Assembly (NCBI GenBank): GCA_035635775.1
Contig: DASQAL010000008.1
Span: 158-64,157, forward strand
DNA length: 64,000 nt
Origin: Candidatus Acidiferrum sp.
GTDB taxonomy: Bacteria; Methylomirabilota; Methylomirabilia; Rokubacteriales; CSP1-6
Reading direction: 5' to 3'
Part shown: piece after piece, positions 40,040 through 49,808 of the stretch
Layout of the letters: every line of letters begins with the position of its first letter
Position numbering within the stretch: the stretch's first letter is position 1
Translations under genes and position numbers: made by a program
Notes under the pieces: generated by a model
Seen by the model: the letters and a program-made list of their open reading frames with translations, nothing else
The model's database searches: none
Told to the model about the DNA's origin: nothing

Positions 40040-40160
40040 GGCCGCTCAAAAAGGTCCAGATGCGAGGCGGCGCCCGAGAGCCGCCCGCGAGGCGTACTCT
40101 CTGTACGTTGACCGGGCGGCCGAGGGCGCCAACGAAGCAGCCGGGCCTTTTTCAGCGGCC
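40040..40160. other. About 120-nt long imperfect hairpin element (outer 14/15-bp stem with A5/T5 tracts)
   Basis: ggccgctcaaaaagg (40040-40054) pairs with cctttttcagcggcc (40146-40160) with one mismatch. Inner complementary blocks are ggcgccc/gggcgcc, ccgcccg/cgggcgg and gcgtac-tctct-gtacg at the centre. Confidence 0.5.
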
Positions 40161-40168
40161 TGACGCCC

Positions 40169-41500
40169 ATGATCAAGCGGGTCCGGCAGCACGTGGGCCG
40201 GTGGATGCGGCGCGATCCGCGCGAGGCGGTGGCCGACGCGCTGCTCTTCGCCGACCACGAAGAGATCCAGGACATCGCGCGCCAGATCCGCCGCACCAAG
40301 GTGGAGATGGACCGCTCGGTGCTCTCCATGCGGAGCTGGGCGCGCGACCTCGGCCGGCGTCTCGCGGAGGCTCCCCGCGGGCTCTCCCGCAACGAGGACC
40401 TGCGCGCGCTCGGGGAGACGGTGGGCGGCCTCGCGCACAACTTCAACAACTCGCTGGCCGCCATCCTGGCCTACACCGAGCTGATGCTGCGCGAGAGCGA
40501 GTCGGAGGCGGCGCGCCGGCGGCTCGTGGTGATCCGTGACGTGGCGCTCGAGGCGTCCGCGACGGTCCGTAAACTGCAGGAGTTTGTCTCGCGCCAGCCC
40601 CAGACCGCCTACGGGCCGGTGGGCCTGCCCGCGGTCATCGCGGAGGCCCTCGAGCTGACCACGCCGCGCTGGCGCGACGAGGCGGACCGCAAGGGCACCG
40701 TCATCGCGGTGACCCAGGACATGGAGGCCCTGCCGCCCGTCGAGGGCAATGCCTTCGAGCTGCGCGACGCCCTCGTGCGCCTGATCCACAACGCGGTGGA
40801 CGCCATGCCCCGGGGCGGGTCCCTGGCCATCCGGGCGGCCGCGGAGGCCTCGGGCTGGGTGGTCGTGGAGGTGAAGGACACCGGCGTGGGCATGTCGGTG
40901 GAGCAGCGCCGGCGCCTGGCCGAGCACGCGCGGAGCCTCCACCCGGGCCAGGGGCCGGGGCAGGGGCTGGCCGAGGTGTACGACATCGTCGAGCGGCACG
41001 GCGGCAGCGTGACGATCGACAGCGCGATCGGCAAGGGCACCACGGTGCGGCTGCGGCTGCACGCCAGCCGCTTCCAGATCATCCCCGCCTCCGAAGGGTT
41101 GGCCGAGCGGCAGGTCCTGCCGGAGCACGCCGCGCGTGTGCTCCTGGTGGACGACGACCCGCGGCTGCTCACCGTGCTCTCCGACGTGCTGCGCAGCGAG
41201 GGCCACGCCATCACCACCGCCGCCAACGGCGACGAGGCGCTGGCCGTGTTCGATCCGGGCGCGCACGACGTGGTCATCACCGACCTCGGCATGCCCAGGA
41301 TGAACGGCTGGGAAGTGGCCGAGCGCATCAAGACGCGCTCGCCCGCGACCGCGGTCTTCATCCTCACCGGCTGGGGCGAGGGGGTCTCGGCGCACGAGTC
41401 CATGCAGTTCGTGGACCGCGTCATCGCCAAGCCGGTGTCCGCGGAGGCCCTGCTCGGTCAGCTCGCCGGTCTCACGCGGTCCCGCGTCCCGCCCGCGTGA
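40169..41500 (+). CDS. Hybrid histidine kinase (HisKA, HATPase and C-terminal receiver), soluble
   Basis: H-box GGLAHNFNNSLAAILAYTEL. ATPase motifs HNAVDAM..DTGVGM..GQGLA. Receiver ARVLLVDDD..VITDLGMPRMNG..AKP. No TM segments. Confidence 0.85.
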   Translation: MIKRVRQHVGRWMRRDPREAVADALLFADHEEIQDIARQIRRTKVEMDRSVLSMRSWARDLGRRLAEAPRGLSRNEDLRALGETVGGLAHNFNNSLAAILAYTELMLRESESEAARRRLVVIRDVALEASATVRKLQEFVSRQPQTAYGPVGLPAVIAEALELTTPRWRDEADRKGTVIAVTQDMEALPPVEGNAFELRDALVRLIHNAVDAMPRGGSLAIRAAAEASGWVVVEVKDTGVGMSVEQRRRLAEHARSLHPGQGPGQGLAEVYDIVERHGGSVTIDSAIGKGTTVRLRLHASRFQIIPASEGLAERQVLPEHAARVLLVDDDPRLLTVLSDVLRSEGHAITTAANGDEALAVFDPGAHDVVITDLGMPRMNGWEVAERIKTRSPATAVFILTGWGEGVSAHESMQFVDRVIAKPVSAEALLGQLAGLTRSRVPPA

Positions 41501-42306
41501 CGGCCCCTCCGGCTTCCCCGGTCGCCCCCCGTCCCGCCGCCTCCGTGCTGCTCGTGCGCCCGGGCACGGCCTGCCCGGTCGAGGTCTACATGATCCGGCG
41601 GGAGAAGAGCATGCGCTTCCTGGGCGGCTTCTACGCCTTCCCCGGCGGCAAGGTCGAGCCCACCGACGGCTCCGCGGAGGCGCTCGCCCGCTGCCGCGGC
41701 ATCTCCTCGGCCGCCGCGCTCGCCGCCTTCCCGGCCGCGGACGGGATCCCGCCGCTCGCCTTCTGGGTCACCGCCGCGCGCGAGCTGGTGGAGGAGACGG
41801 GGCTGCTCGTGAGCTGCGACGCCGACGGCCGGGCGGTGAACACGCGGGATCCCGCGGTGCGCCACCGCGTGGAGCGGCTCCGCCACGCGCTCGTCGGTGA
41901 GGAGGCGCCCTTCCACGTGCTGCTCGCCCGCGAGGGCTGGCACCTCGACCTCGCGCCCTTCCGCTACCTCTCGCACTTCATCACACCACCCTCGAACCCG
42001 ATCCGCTTCACCGCGCGCTTCTTCCTGGCCCCCGTGCCCGCCGGGCAGGAGCCGCGCCTGCTCGGCGGGGAGGCCTCCGAGGGCTTCTGGATCGATCCCG
42101 CCGAGGGCCACCGCCGCTTCCTCGCGGGCCTGATGCCGATGGCCGAGCCGGCCGACTGCGGGCTCGGGTACATCGCCGGCTTCGATACGCTGGACGACGT
42201 GTGGGCCGCGCACACCGACGGGCGCCACAAGTTCCACGGCATCCTCGACCGCATCGAAGCGGCTGGCTTCACCATTCCCCGAAGCAAGCGGATCGGCCCG
42301 AGCTGA
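41497..42306 (+). CDS. NUDIX-family hydrolase
   Basis: GTG overlaps the kinase stop (GTGA). ..GGFYAFPGGKVEP.. and ..AARELVEETGLL.. are the Nudix box elements, separated by an insertion. Confidence 0.65.
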   Translation: MTAPPASPVAPRPAASVLLVRPGTACPVEVYMIRREKSMRFLGGFYAFPGGKVEPTDGSAEALARCRGISSAAALAAFPAADGIPPLAFWVTAARELVEETGLLVSCDADGRAVNTRDPAVRHRVERLRHALVGEEAPFHVLLAREGWHLDLAPFRYLSHFITPPSNPIRFTARFFLAPVPAGQEPRLLGGEASEGFWIDPAEGHRRFLAGLMPMAEPADCGLGYIAGFDTLDDVWAAHTDGRHKFHGILDRIEAAGFTIPRSKRIGPS

Positions 42307-42319
42307 GGGCCGGCGCGCG

Positions 42320-43816
42320 ATGGACAATGCGGCGGCCCTCTTCGTTGACGCGCCCGTCGAGGAAGGCCACGGCGCGCGCGCGGCGCTCCTCACCCCGTCC
42401 GGTCCCGTCACCTACGCCCAGCTCCAGGGCGTGACCGATCGGGCCGCCCACGGGCTGCGCGCGCGGGACGTCGAGCCCGAGCAGCGGGTGGCCATGCTCC
42501 TGCCCGACGGCCCCGCCTGGGCTGCGACCTTCTTCGCCGCGCTGAAGCTGGGCGCGGTGGCGGTACCGCTGAACACGCGACTCGGCGCCGCCGACCTCCG
42601 GACCGTGCTGGCCGACTGCCGGCCGAAGGCGCTGGTGGCCGATCGCGCGCTGCTAGCTGCGGCGGGCGTCGATGCGGAGACGCTCGGCCCCCGCGTGCTG
42701 GATTTCGACGCGCTCGTGGCCGGCGCGCCCGCCGCGGCGCTGCCGCCCGAGCCGGTGAGTGGCGACGCGATGGCCTTCTGGCTCTACACGTCCGGCACGA
42801 CCGGCTCCCCGAAGGCGGCCGTGCACTGCCACCGAACGCTGCCCGCCTGCCGCCATTACCTGGAGGTCCTGGGCGTGACCGCCGCCGACCGGATCTTCGC
42901 CACCTCGAAGCTCTTCTTCGCCTATGCCCTCGGCAACGCGCTCCTGATCCCCCTCCACGCCCGCGCGCCGACGTACCTGCACCCGGGCTGGCCGGATCCC
43001 GCCGCGGTCGCCGCCGTGATGCGCGAGATTCGGCCCACGCTCTTCTTCTCGGTGCCGACGGTCTACGCCCGGCTGCTCCACGCCGACCTGCCCGCCGAGA
43101 CCTTCAGCTCGGCGCGCCTCTGCGTCTCGGCCGGCGAACGGCTGCCCGCCTCCCTCTACACCGCCTGGCGGCAGCGGTTCGGCGTCGAGATCCTCGACGG
43201 CATCGGCGCCACCGAGACCATCTTCATGGTGCTCTCCAACCGGCCCGGCCAGAGCCGTCCCGGGTCGTCGGGCGGGCCGGTGCCGGGCACGGAGGCCAGG
43301 ATCCTGGACGCGGAGGGCCGGCCGGTGCCCGATGGCCAGGAAGGCGTGCTCTGGGTCCGTACGCCCTCGCAGGCCGCGGGCTACTGGCAGCGGCTCGCCC
43401 ACTCGCGCCGGACCTTCGTGGGGGACTGGTTCCGGACCGGTGACGTCTACCGGCGGGAGGCGGACGGCGGCCACATCCACTGCGGCCGCGAGGACGACTT
43501 CTTCAAGGTGGCTGGGCAGTGGGTGGCCCCGGCCGAGATAGAATCGGTCCTGCTGCGGCACCCGGGCGTCCTCGACAGCGGGGTCGTCGGGGCCGAGGAG
43601 GCCGGCGGGCTCATCAAGCCCTTCGTGTTCGTCGTGCCCCGCGATCCGGCCGCGGAGCCGGAGGCGCTGCGGGCGGACGTGCGGCGGTTCCTGGAGGGCG
43701 CGCTCCCGCCCCACCAGCGGCCGCGGGAGATCAGGATCGTGAGCGAGCTGCCGCGCACCGCGACCGGCAAGCTCCAGCGCTTCCGGCTGCGCGACCTGGC
43801 CCGAGCGAGCGCGTGA
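42320..43816 (+). CDS. Benzoate-CoA ligase family AMP-dependent synthetase
   Basis: ..WLYTSGTTGSPKAAVH.., ..SKLFFAYALGNAL.. (characteristic of benzoate/4-hydroxybenzoate-CoA ligases), ..GATE.., ..FRTGD.., ..PRTATGKLQRFRLR. Confidence 0.8.
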   Translation: MDNAAALFVDAPVEEGHGARAALLTPSGPVTYAQLQGVTDRAAHGLRARDVEPEQRVAMLLPDGPAWAATFFAALKLGAVAVPLNTRLGAADLRTVLADCRPKALVADRALLAAAGVDAETLGPRVLDFDALVAGAPAAALPPEPVSGDAMAFWLYTSGTTGSPKAAVHCHRTLPACRHYLEVLGVTAADRIFATSKLFFAYALGNALLIPLHARAPTYLHPGWPDPAAVAAVMREIRPTLFFSVPTVYARLLHADLPAETFSSARLCVSAGERLPASLYTAWRQRFGVEILDGIGATETIFMVLSNRPGQSRPGSSGGPVPGTEARILDAEGRPVPDGQEGVLWVRTPSQAAGYWQRLAHSRRTFVGDWFRTGDVYRREADGGHIHCGREDDFFKVAGQWVAPAEIESVLLRHPGVLDSGVVGAEEAGGLIKPFVFVVPRDPAAEPEALRADVRRFLEGALPPHQRPREIRIVSELPRTATGKLQRFRLRDLARASA

Positions 43817-43840
43817 GGCGGGTACGCGTGAGGCGCGTAG

Positions 43841-44269
43841 ATGGTGAGTAACGCGCTCACGGTGAAGGTGCGCTGGAGCGAGGCCGATCCGGCGGGCATC
43901 GTGTTCTACCCGCGCTTCTTCGAGTGGTTCGATCTCGGCACCGAGGCCCTGTTCGAGTCGCTCGGACTGCGGTGGGCCGAGATGTTCCCGGCTTCGCAGA
44001 TCGTGGGCGTGCCCATCGTGGAGTCCGGCGCGCGCTTCGCCTCTCCGGTACGCTACGGCGACGAGGTGCGCATCGAGACCACGGTGAGCGAGGTGCGCGA
44101 GAAGACGTTCCGGGTCGAGCACGAGGTGTCCGTTGGCCCTCGGCGCTGCGCCACCGGCTTCGAGGTGCGGGCCTGGGTGGCGCGGCCCGAGCACCCCGGC
44201 GGCGCGCTGGCGGCCCGGCCCATCCCGCCGCGGGTCGTCGCTCGCCTCAAGGGAGAGCCTTCACCGTGA
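43841..44269 (+). CDS. 4HBT/YbgC-type acyl-CoA thioesterase
   Basis: 142 aa, ..VRWSEADPAGIVFYPRFFEWFD.. hotdog-fold signature. Confidence 0.8.
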   Translation: MVSNALTVKVRWSEADPAGIVFYPRFFEWFDLGTEALFESLGLRWAEMFPASQIVGVPIVESGARFASPVRYGDEVRIETTVSEVREKTFRVEHEVSVGPRRCATGFEVRAWVARPEHPGGALAARPIPPRVVARLKGEPSP

Positions 44270-44303
44270 AACCAGAGCTCGTGTTCGAGACGAGTGTCCG
44301 CGA

Positions 44304-44349
44304 ACTGGGGGAGTGCGGGGGCCATTTCTGGGCCCCCGCAGCTGAAGAG
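44304..44349 (+). repeat. 46-nt intergenic repeat with 10-bp GC hairpin, copy 2
   Basis: Identical to 19829-19874. Lies between the thioesterase stop and the dioxygenase start. Confidence 0.85.
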
Positions 44350-44387
44350 CATGAAGAACTAGACGGTTGCCCGCAGAGGCCACGAAC

Positions 44388-45224
44388 ATGAGCCCACTAG
44401 CCGGAGCATTTCTCACGGTCCACACGCCCCGCTACTGCACGCTGGAGGCCGCGATCGAGGGCAAGCTGGCCTCCGAAGTCTTCCGCCCGGTGCGTGACGG
44501 CCTCGTGGCGCAGGGCGACGTCGTCGGGCAGGCGAAGCTCGACGTGACCGTGATCAACTCCTGCCACCTGATCACCACGTTCCCCACCGTGGTGGACGGC
44601 ACCCCGCGGCACCACGGCGTGCTCACCGCCCAGGAGGCGCCCGAGATCATCCACGGCGTGGCCTACGACTACCCGGGCGACTACGACCTGGCCGCGCGCC
44701 TCATCGCCCGCGGCAAGGCGGCGGGGCTGCAGTGCGTGCTGGCCAACGACGTCCACTATCCGCTCGACTACGGCACGCTGATGCCGATGGTATGTTATCT
44801 CGATCGGGCGCAGCAAACCCCGATCGTCCCGGTGTCGGTCTGCCTGTCCGCGGATCTGAACGAGGCCCACGCGTGGGGCCGCCACGTGGCCCGGGCGGCG
44901 GGCGAGAGCGGCAAGCGGGTGGGCTTCGTGGCCAGCGGCAGCGTCTCCCACAAGCTGGTGCGGGGGCCCGAGAAGGCGCCCCTGCCGGCCGACCAGGAGC
45001 TCGACCACCGCTTCGCCCGGCTCCTGGCCGACGGCGAGCTCGAGAAGCTCTGGGCCTGGCTCCCCGAGTTCACCCGCACCACCGAGACCGAGATGGGCGG
45101 CCGCCACCTGGCCATGCTGCTGGGGGCGGTCATGGAGTCGGGGCACCGCTTCGTGCCCACCGTGCACGCCTACGGCCCCTCCTCGGGCAGCGGCAACTAC
45201 GTGATCTCCCTGCTGGCGGCCTGA
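44388..45224 (+). CDS. Class III (LigB-type) extradiol ring-cleavage dioxygenase
   Basis: ATG 44388 (MSPLAGAFLTVHTPR..). ..VASGSVSHKLV.. resembles the conserved GGxSH motif of LigB/MhpB enzymes. 278 aa. Confidence 0.65.
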   Translation: MSPLAGAFLTVHTPRYCTLEAAIEGKLASEVFRPVRDGLVAQGDVVGQAKLDVTVINSCHLITTFPTVVDGTPRHHGVLTAQEAPEIIHGVAYDYPGDYDLAARLIARGKAAGLQCVLANDVHYPLDYGTLMPMVCYLDRAQQTPIVPVSVCLSADLNEAHAWGRHVARAAGESGKRVGFVASGSVSHKLVRGPEKAPLPADQELDHRFARLLADGELEKLWAWLPEFTRTTETEMGGRHLAMLLGAVMESGHRFVPTVHAYGPSSGSGNYVISLLAA

Positions 45225-45288
45225 AACTCCTTACACCCGCAACCGGTTTGTAATCTACCGCTCGCACTCTCCCAAGGAGGGGACAGGA

Positions 45289-46503
45289 ATGGACAAGGTC
45301 ACACGGCGGAAGTTCCTCGGCGGAGCAACGCTCGCGGCGGCCGGCACCGCGATGGGGCCGTGGGTGCTGCGCGCCGGCGCGCAGTCGGGCCCGATCAAGA
45401 TCGGCGTCGTGCTGCCGTACACGGGCGTCTACGCGGTGCTCGGCGAGTCCATCACGCAGGGCATGGAGCTGGTCTTCGCCCGCGAGAACTGGACGGTGGC
45501 GGGACGCAAGATCGAGATGATCAAGGAAGACGACGAGATGCAGCCGCCGGTGGGCGTCCGCAAGACGGAGAAGCTCATCGACTCCGACAAGGTGGACATC
45601 CTCACCGGGCCGGTGCACAGCGGCATCCTGATGGGCATGCGCGACAAGGTGCACAACAGCAAGACCATCCTGATCGTCTCCAACGCGGGCGCGGACGCCA
45701 TCAGCCGCGGGCGCTGCTCGAAGTGGATCTTCCGCACCTCGTTCTCGAACTGGCAGCCCTGCCAGCCCATGGGCGGCTGGGTCGCGAAGAACGTCTCGAA
45801 GGACGTGTTCCTGACCGCGCCCAACTACCAGGCCGGCAAGGACATGATGAACGCCTTCAAGGAGACCTTCGTCCCGGCCGGCGGCAAGGTGGTGGACGAA
45901 GACTACCCGAAGCTGGGCGAGACCGACTACGCGCCGTATCTCACCAAGATCCGGCAGTCCGGCGCCAAGGCGGTGTTCGCCTTCTTCTCGGGCACGGACG
46001 CGGTGAACTTCGTGAAGCAGTTCGATCAGTTCGGGCTCAAGCAGAACATCAAGCTCACCGGCGCGGGCTTCCTCACCGAGCCCGACGTGCTGCCCGCCCA
46101 GGGCAAGTCGGCCCTCGGCGTGATCACCGGCCACTTCTACACGCCGGTGCTCGACAACCCGACCAACCAGCGCTTCGTGAAGGAGTTCCGCGAGAAGTAC
46201 GCGGGCAAGATGCCGGACGGCTTCGCGTGCCAGGGCTACGACACCGCGGAAGTCATCGTGCGCGCGCTCAAGGCGGTGAACGGCAATACCCAGGACAAGA
46301 TGAAGCTGGTGGAGGTCATCGAGAAGAGCGAGTTCGACAGCCCGCGGGGGCGCTTCCGCTTCGACCCCAAGAGCCACAACGTGATCCAGCCCTTCATCTA
46401 CGTCCGCGAGGTGAAGGAAGTGGCGGGCGGGCTCAACAACGTGCCGATCGACAAGGTCGCCAACGTGACGGATCCCGGCACCGGCTGCACGCTCCCGGCC
46501 TAG
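45289..46503 (+). CDS. ABC transporter substrate-binding protein (LivK/branched-chain amino acid family) with Tat-like signal
   Basis: MDKVTRRKFLGGATLAAAGTAMG.. followed by the periplasmic-binding type I fold pattern. RBS AAGGAGG lies upstream. Confidence 0.85.
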   Translation: MDKVTRRKFLGGATLAAAGTAMGPWVLRAGAQSGPIKIGVVLPYTGVYAVLGESITQGMELVFARENWTVAGRKIEMIKEDDEMQPPVGVRKTEKLIDSDKVDILTGPVHSGILMGMRDKVHNSKTILIVSNAGADAISRGRCSKWIFRTSFSNWQPCQPMGGWVAKNVSKDVFLTAPNYQAGKDMMNAFKETFVPAGGKVVDEDYPKLGETDYAPYLTKIRQSGAKAVFAFFSGTDAVNFVKQFDQFGLKQNIKLTGAGFLTEPDVLPAQGKSALGVITGHFYTPVLDNPTNQRFVKEFREKYAGKMPDGFACQGYDTAEVIVRALKAVNGNTQDKMKLVEVIEKSEFDSPRGRFRFDPKSHNVIQPFIYVREVKEVAGGLNNVPIDKVANVTDPGTGCTLPA

Positions 46504-46525
46504 TCGGGGGGACGCGGCACCCCGC

Positions 46526-47392
46526 ATGCCGGCTGATCTGTTCGCGCAGGCACTGAACGGGCTGGCCTACGGGGTGCTGCTGTTCTTGCTGTCCGTCGGG
46601 CTCACGCTGATCTTCGGAATGCTCGACGTGGTCAACCTCGCCCATGGCTCCTTCTACATGCTGGGCGCCTACGCGGGATTGAGCCTCATCGCGGGCACCG
46701 ATAATTTCTGGCTGGCCCTGCTGCTGGCCCCGCTCGCGGTGGGCCTCATCGGGGCGGTGGTGGAGGTGACCTGTCTCCGCCCGCTCTACCGGCGGCCGCC
46801 GCTCGACCAGGTCCTGCTCACCTTCGGCTTCGTCTACCTCTTCGAGGACCTGGTGAAGTGGATCTGGGGCGGCCGCATCCGCTCGATCTCGCCCCCCGAT
46901 CTCTTCTCGGGCTCGGTGTCGGTGTGGGGCGCGATCATCCCGTCGTACCGGCTCTTCGTCATCGTGTTCGGGCTCGTGATGGCCGTGCTGCTCTGGCTCC
47001 TGATCGAGCGCACGCGTCTGGGGGCGATCATCCGCGCGGGCGTCTTCGACGCCGAGATGACGGGCGGGCTCGGCATCAATATCCGTCGGGTGTTCACCGC
47101 GGTGTTCGCCTTCGGCGCGGCGCTCGGCGGGCTGTCCGGCGTCATCGCGGGGCCGATCCAGTCCGCGCACCCGTCGATGGGCGTGACCATCCTGATCCCG
47201 GCGCTGATCGTGGTGGTGGTGGGCGGCCTCGGCAGCCTCAAGGGCTCGCTGGCCGGCAGCCTCCTCATCGGCCAGGCCGAGACCTTCGGGAAGGCGTGGC
47301 TGCCCGACTCCTCCATGCTGATCATCTACGTGGTGATGGCCACGATCATGCTGGTCCGGCCGCAGGGGCTCTTCGGCCGCCCGCTCAAGTGA
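46526..47392 (+). CDS. Branched-chain amino acid-type ABC permease (LivH family)
   Basis: 288 aa, polytopic, ..LNGLAYGVLLFLLSVGLTLIFGMLDVVNLAHG... Confidence 0.9.
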   Translation: MPADLFAQALNGLAYGVLLFLLSVGLTLIFGMLDVVNLAHGSFYMLGAYAGLSLIAGTDNFWLALLLAPLAVGLIGAVVEVTCLRPLYRRPPLDQVLLTFGFVYLFEDLVKWIWGGRIRSISPPDLFSGSVSVWGAIIPSYRLFVIVFGLVMAVLLWLLIERTRLGAIIRAGVFDAEMTGGLGINIRRVFTAVFAFGAALGGLSGVIAGPIQSAHPSMGVTILIPALIVVVVGGLGSLKGSLAGSLLIGQAETFGKAWLPDSSMLIIYVVMATIMLVRPQGLFGRPLK

Positions 47393-48312
47393 CGATCCGG
47401 CTGCTCGCCTTCGCGGTGGTGGTGGTGGCGCTGGCGCTGTTCCCGCTTACCGCCGGCAACTATCCGGTGAAGCTGCTCCAGGAGATCCTGATCTGGGGCA
47501 TCTTCGCGATGAGCCTCGATCTGCTGATGGGCTATGCGGGCATGGTCTCCTTCGGTCACTCCGCCTACTTCGGCATCGGCGGCTACGTGGCCGCGCTCGC
47601 GCTCACGCAGAGTCCGGGGCTGGTCTCGGCCCTCGTGCTGCCCGCGCTGGCCGCCGGCCTCGCCGCCCTCGTCATCGGCTTCTTCTCGATCCGCGTGAGC
47701 GGCGTGTACTTCATCATGCTCACGCTCGCCTTCTCGCAGATGTTCCACGCCTACACCTTCCAGGTGTCCTGGCTCGGGGCCGAGGACGGCCTCGTCGGGA
47801 TCCCGCGCCCGGTGGTGCCGGGCTGGGACGTCTCGAGCCTGCGCGGCTTCCACGGCTACCTGCTCACGCTGGTGGCGCTGAGCGCGCTCGTGCTCTGGCG
47901 CATCGTCCGCTCGCCCTTCGGCCACGTGCTGCGCGGCATCCACGAGAACGAGGCGCGCATGGAGGCGGTGGGCTACGCGGTGGATCGCTACAAGCTCGTG
48001 GCCTTCGTCATCGCGGGCGTCTTCGCGGGCCTCGCGGGCTCGCTCTACGCCCAGTTCAACGGCTCGATCACGCCGGACGCCTTCTTCTGGAAGACCTCCG
48101 GCGAGGCGCTCCTCATGGTCATCATCGGCGGCACCGGGACCCTGGGCGGCCCGGTCCTGGGCGCGGCCGCGTTCATCCTGCTCCAGAGCCTGGTCAGCAC
48201 CTATACCGAGCGCTGGATGCTGATCCTGGGCGTGACGTTCATCCTCTTCGTTCTCTTCGCGCCCGGCGGCATCGTGGGCGCGCTCCGCGGGCGGGTGGGC
48301 CTGCGCGCATGA
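47389..48312 (+). CDS. Branched-chain amino acid-type ABC permease (LivM family)
   Basis: GTG 47389 overlaps the previous stop (GTGA). ..LDLLMGYAGMVSFGHSAYFGIGGY... Confidence 0.9.
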   Translation: MTIRLLAFAVVVVALALFPLTAGNYPVKLLQEILIWGIFAMSLDLLMGYAGMVSFGHSAYFGIGGYVAALALTQSPGLVSALVLPALAAGLAALVIGFFSIRVSGVYFIMLTLAFSQMFHAYTFQVSWLGAEDGLVGIPRPVVPGWDVSSLRGFHGYLLTLVALSALVLWRIVRSPFGHVLRGIHENEARMEAVGYAVDRYKLVAFVIAGVFAGLAGSLYAQFNGSITPDAFFWKTSGEALLMVIIGGTGTLGGPVLGAAAFILLQSLVSTYTERWMLILGVTFILFVLFAPGGIVGALRGRVGLRA

Positions 48313-49055
48313 TCGCGCCGCTCCTGGCCACGGAGACGCTGAGTCGCGCCTTCGGCGCGCTGACTGCGCTCAGCCGCGTCTCGCTCGAGGTCGCCCCGCG
48401 CGAGCGCCGGGCCATCATCGGCCCCAACGGCGCGGGCAAGACCACGCTCTTCAACGTCATCACCGGCCAGCTCGCCCCCACGTCGGGCCGCATCCTCCTC
48501 GACGGCGCGCCGATCGGCGGGCTGGCCCCGCACGCGGTGGCCCGGCGCGGCATCTCGCGCTCGTTCCAGCGCAACAACCTCTTCCCGAAGCTCGCGGTCG
48601 AGGAGAACCTGCGGCTGGCCGCCGCGGTGGCCGCGCCCGGCACCTGGGATCTCCTGGGTAGCGTCACGCGCCGCCGTGGGCCGCTCGACCGGGCGCGCGA
48701 GGTGGCCGAGGTGGTCGGCCTGACCGACCGCCTGGGCGAGCCGGCCGGGCGCCTGTCCTACGGCGAGCAGCGCCAGCTCGAGATCGGGGTGGCGCTCGCC
48801 ACCTCCCCGCGGCTCCTCCTTCTGGACGAGCCCACCGCCGGCATGTCGCCCGAGGAGACGCTGCGCATGACGCGCATGCTCGAGGCGCTGCCGCGCGACG
48901 TCACGCTCCTGATCATCGAACACGACATGGACGTGGTGGGCTCGCTCGCCGACCGCGTCACGGTGCTGCACTACGGCGAGGTGCTCACGGAGGGCACCTT
49001 CGCCCAGGTGAAGGCCGATCCGCGCGTCTACGAAGTCTACCTGGGGAGCGCCTGA
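48309..49055 (+). CDS. ABC transporter ATP-binding protein (LivG family)
   Basis: GPNGAGKTT, LSYGEQRQLEI, LLLLDEP. ATGA overlap with the previous gene. Confidence 0.9.
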   Translation: MIAPLLATETLSRAFGALTALSRVSLEVAPRERRAIIGPNGAGKTTLFNVITGQLAPTSGRILLDGAPIGGLAPHAVARRGISRSFQRNNLFPKLAVEENLRLAAAVAAPGTWDLLGSVTRRRGPLDRAREVAEVVGLTDRLGEPAGRLSYGEQRQLEIGVALATSPRLLLLDEPTAGMSPEETLRMTRMLEALPRDVTLLIIEHDMDVVGSLADRVTVLHYGEVLTEGTFAQVKADPRVYEVYLGSA

Positions 49056-49058
49056 GCC

Positions 49059-49748
<690 letters not shown>

Positions 49749-49808
49749 GCACCCCTCACCCCCTGGCCCCTCACCCTGCCGTCTCCCCTCTGGGGAGAGG
49801 GTGTGTCG

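Noticed and set aside
37611-40049. 812-aa ORF on the minus strand spanning both acyl-CoA dehydrogenase genes
   Set aside because: It is antisense to two ORFs with clear ACAD motifs and ribosome-binding sites. Its translation is Arg/Gly/Ala/His/Leu-rich and motif-free, as expected for a stop-poor shadow frame in high-GC DNA.
49752-49798. Direct repeat cccctcaccc x2 and a 7-bp hairpin (tctcccc-tct-ggggaga) between convergent livF and dctM as a bidirectional terminator
   Set aside because: The stem is short and no U-tract lies on either side. It is plausible but too weak to call as a feature.
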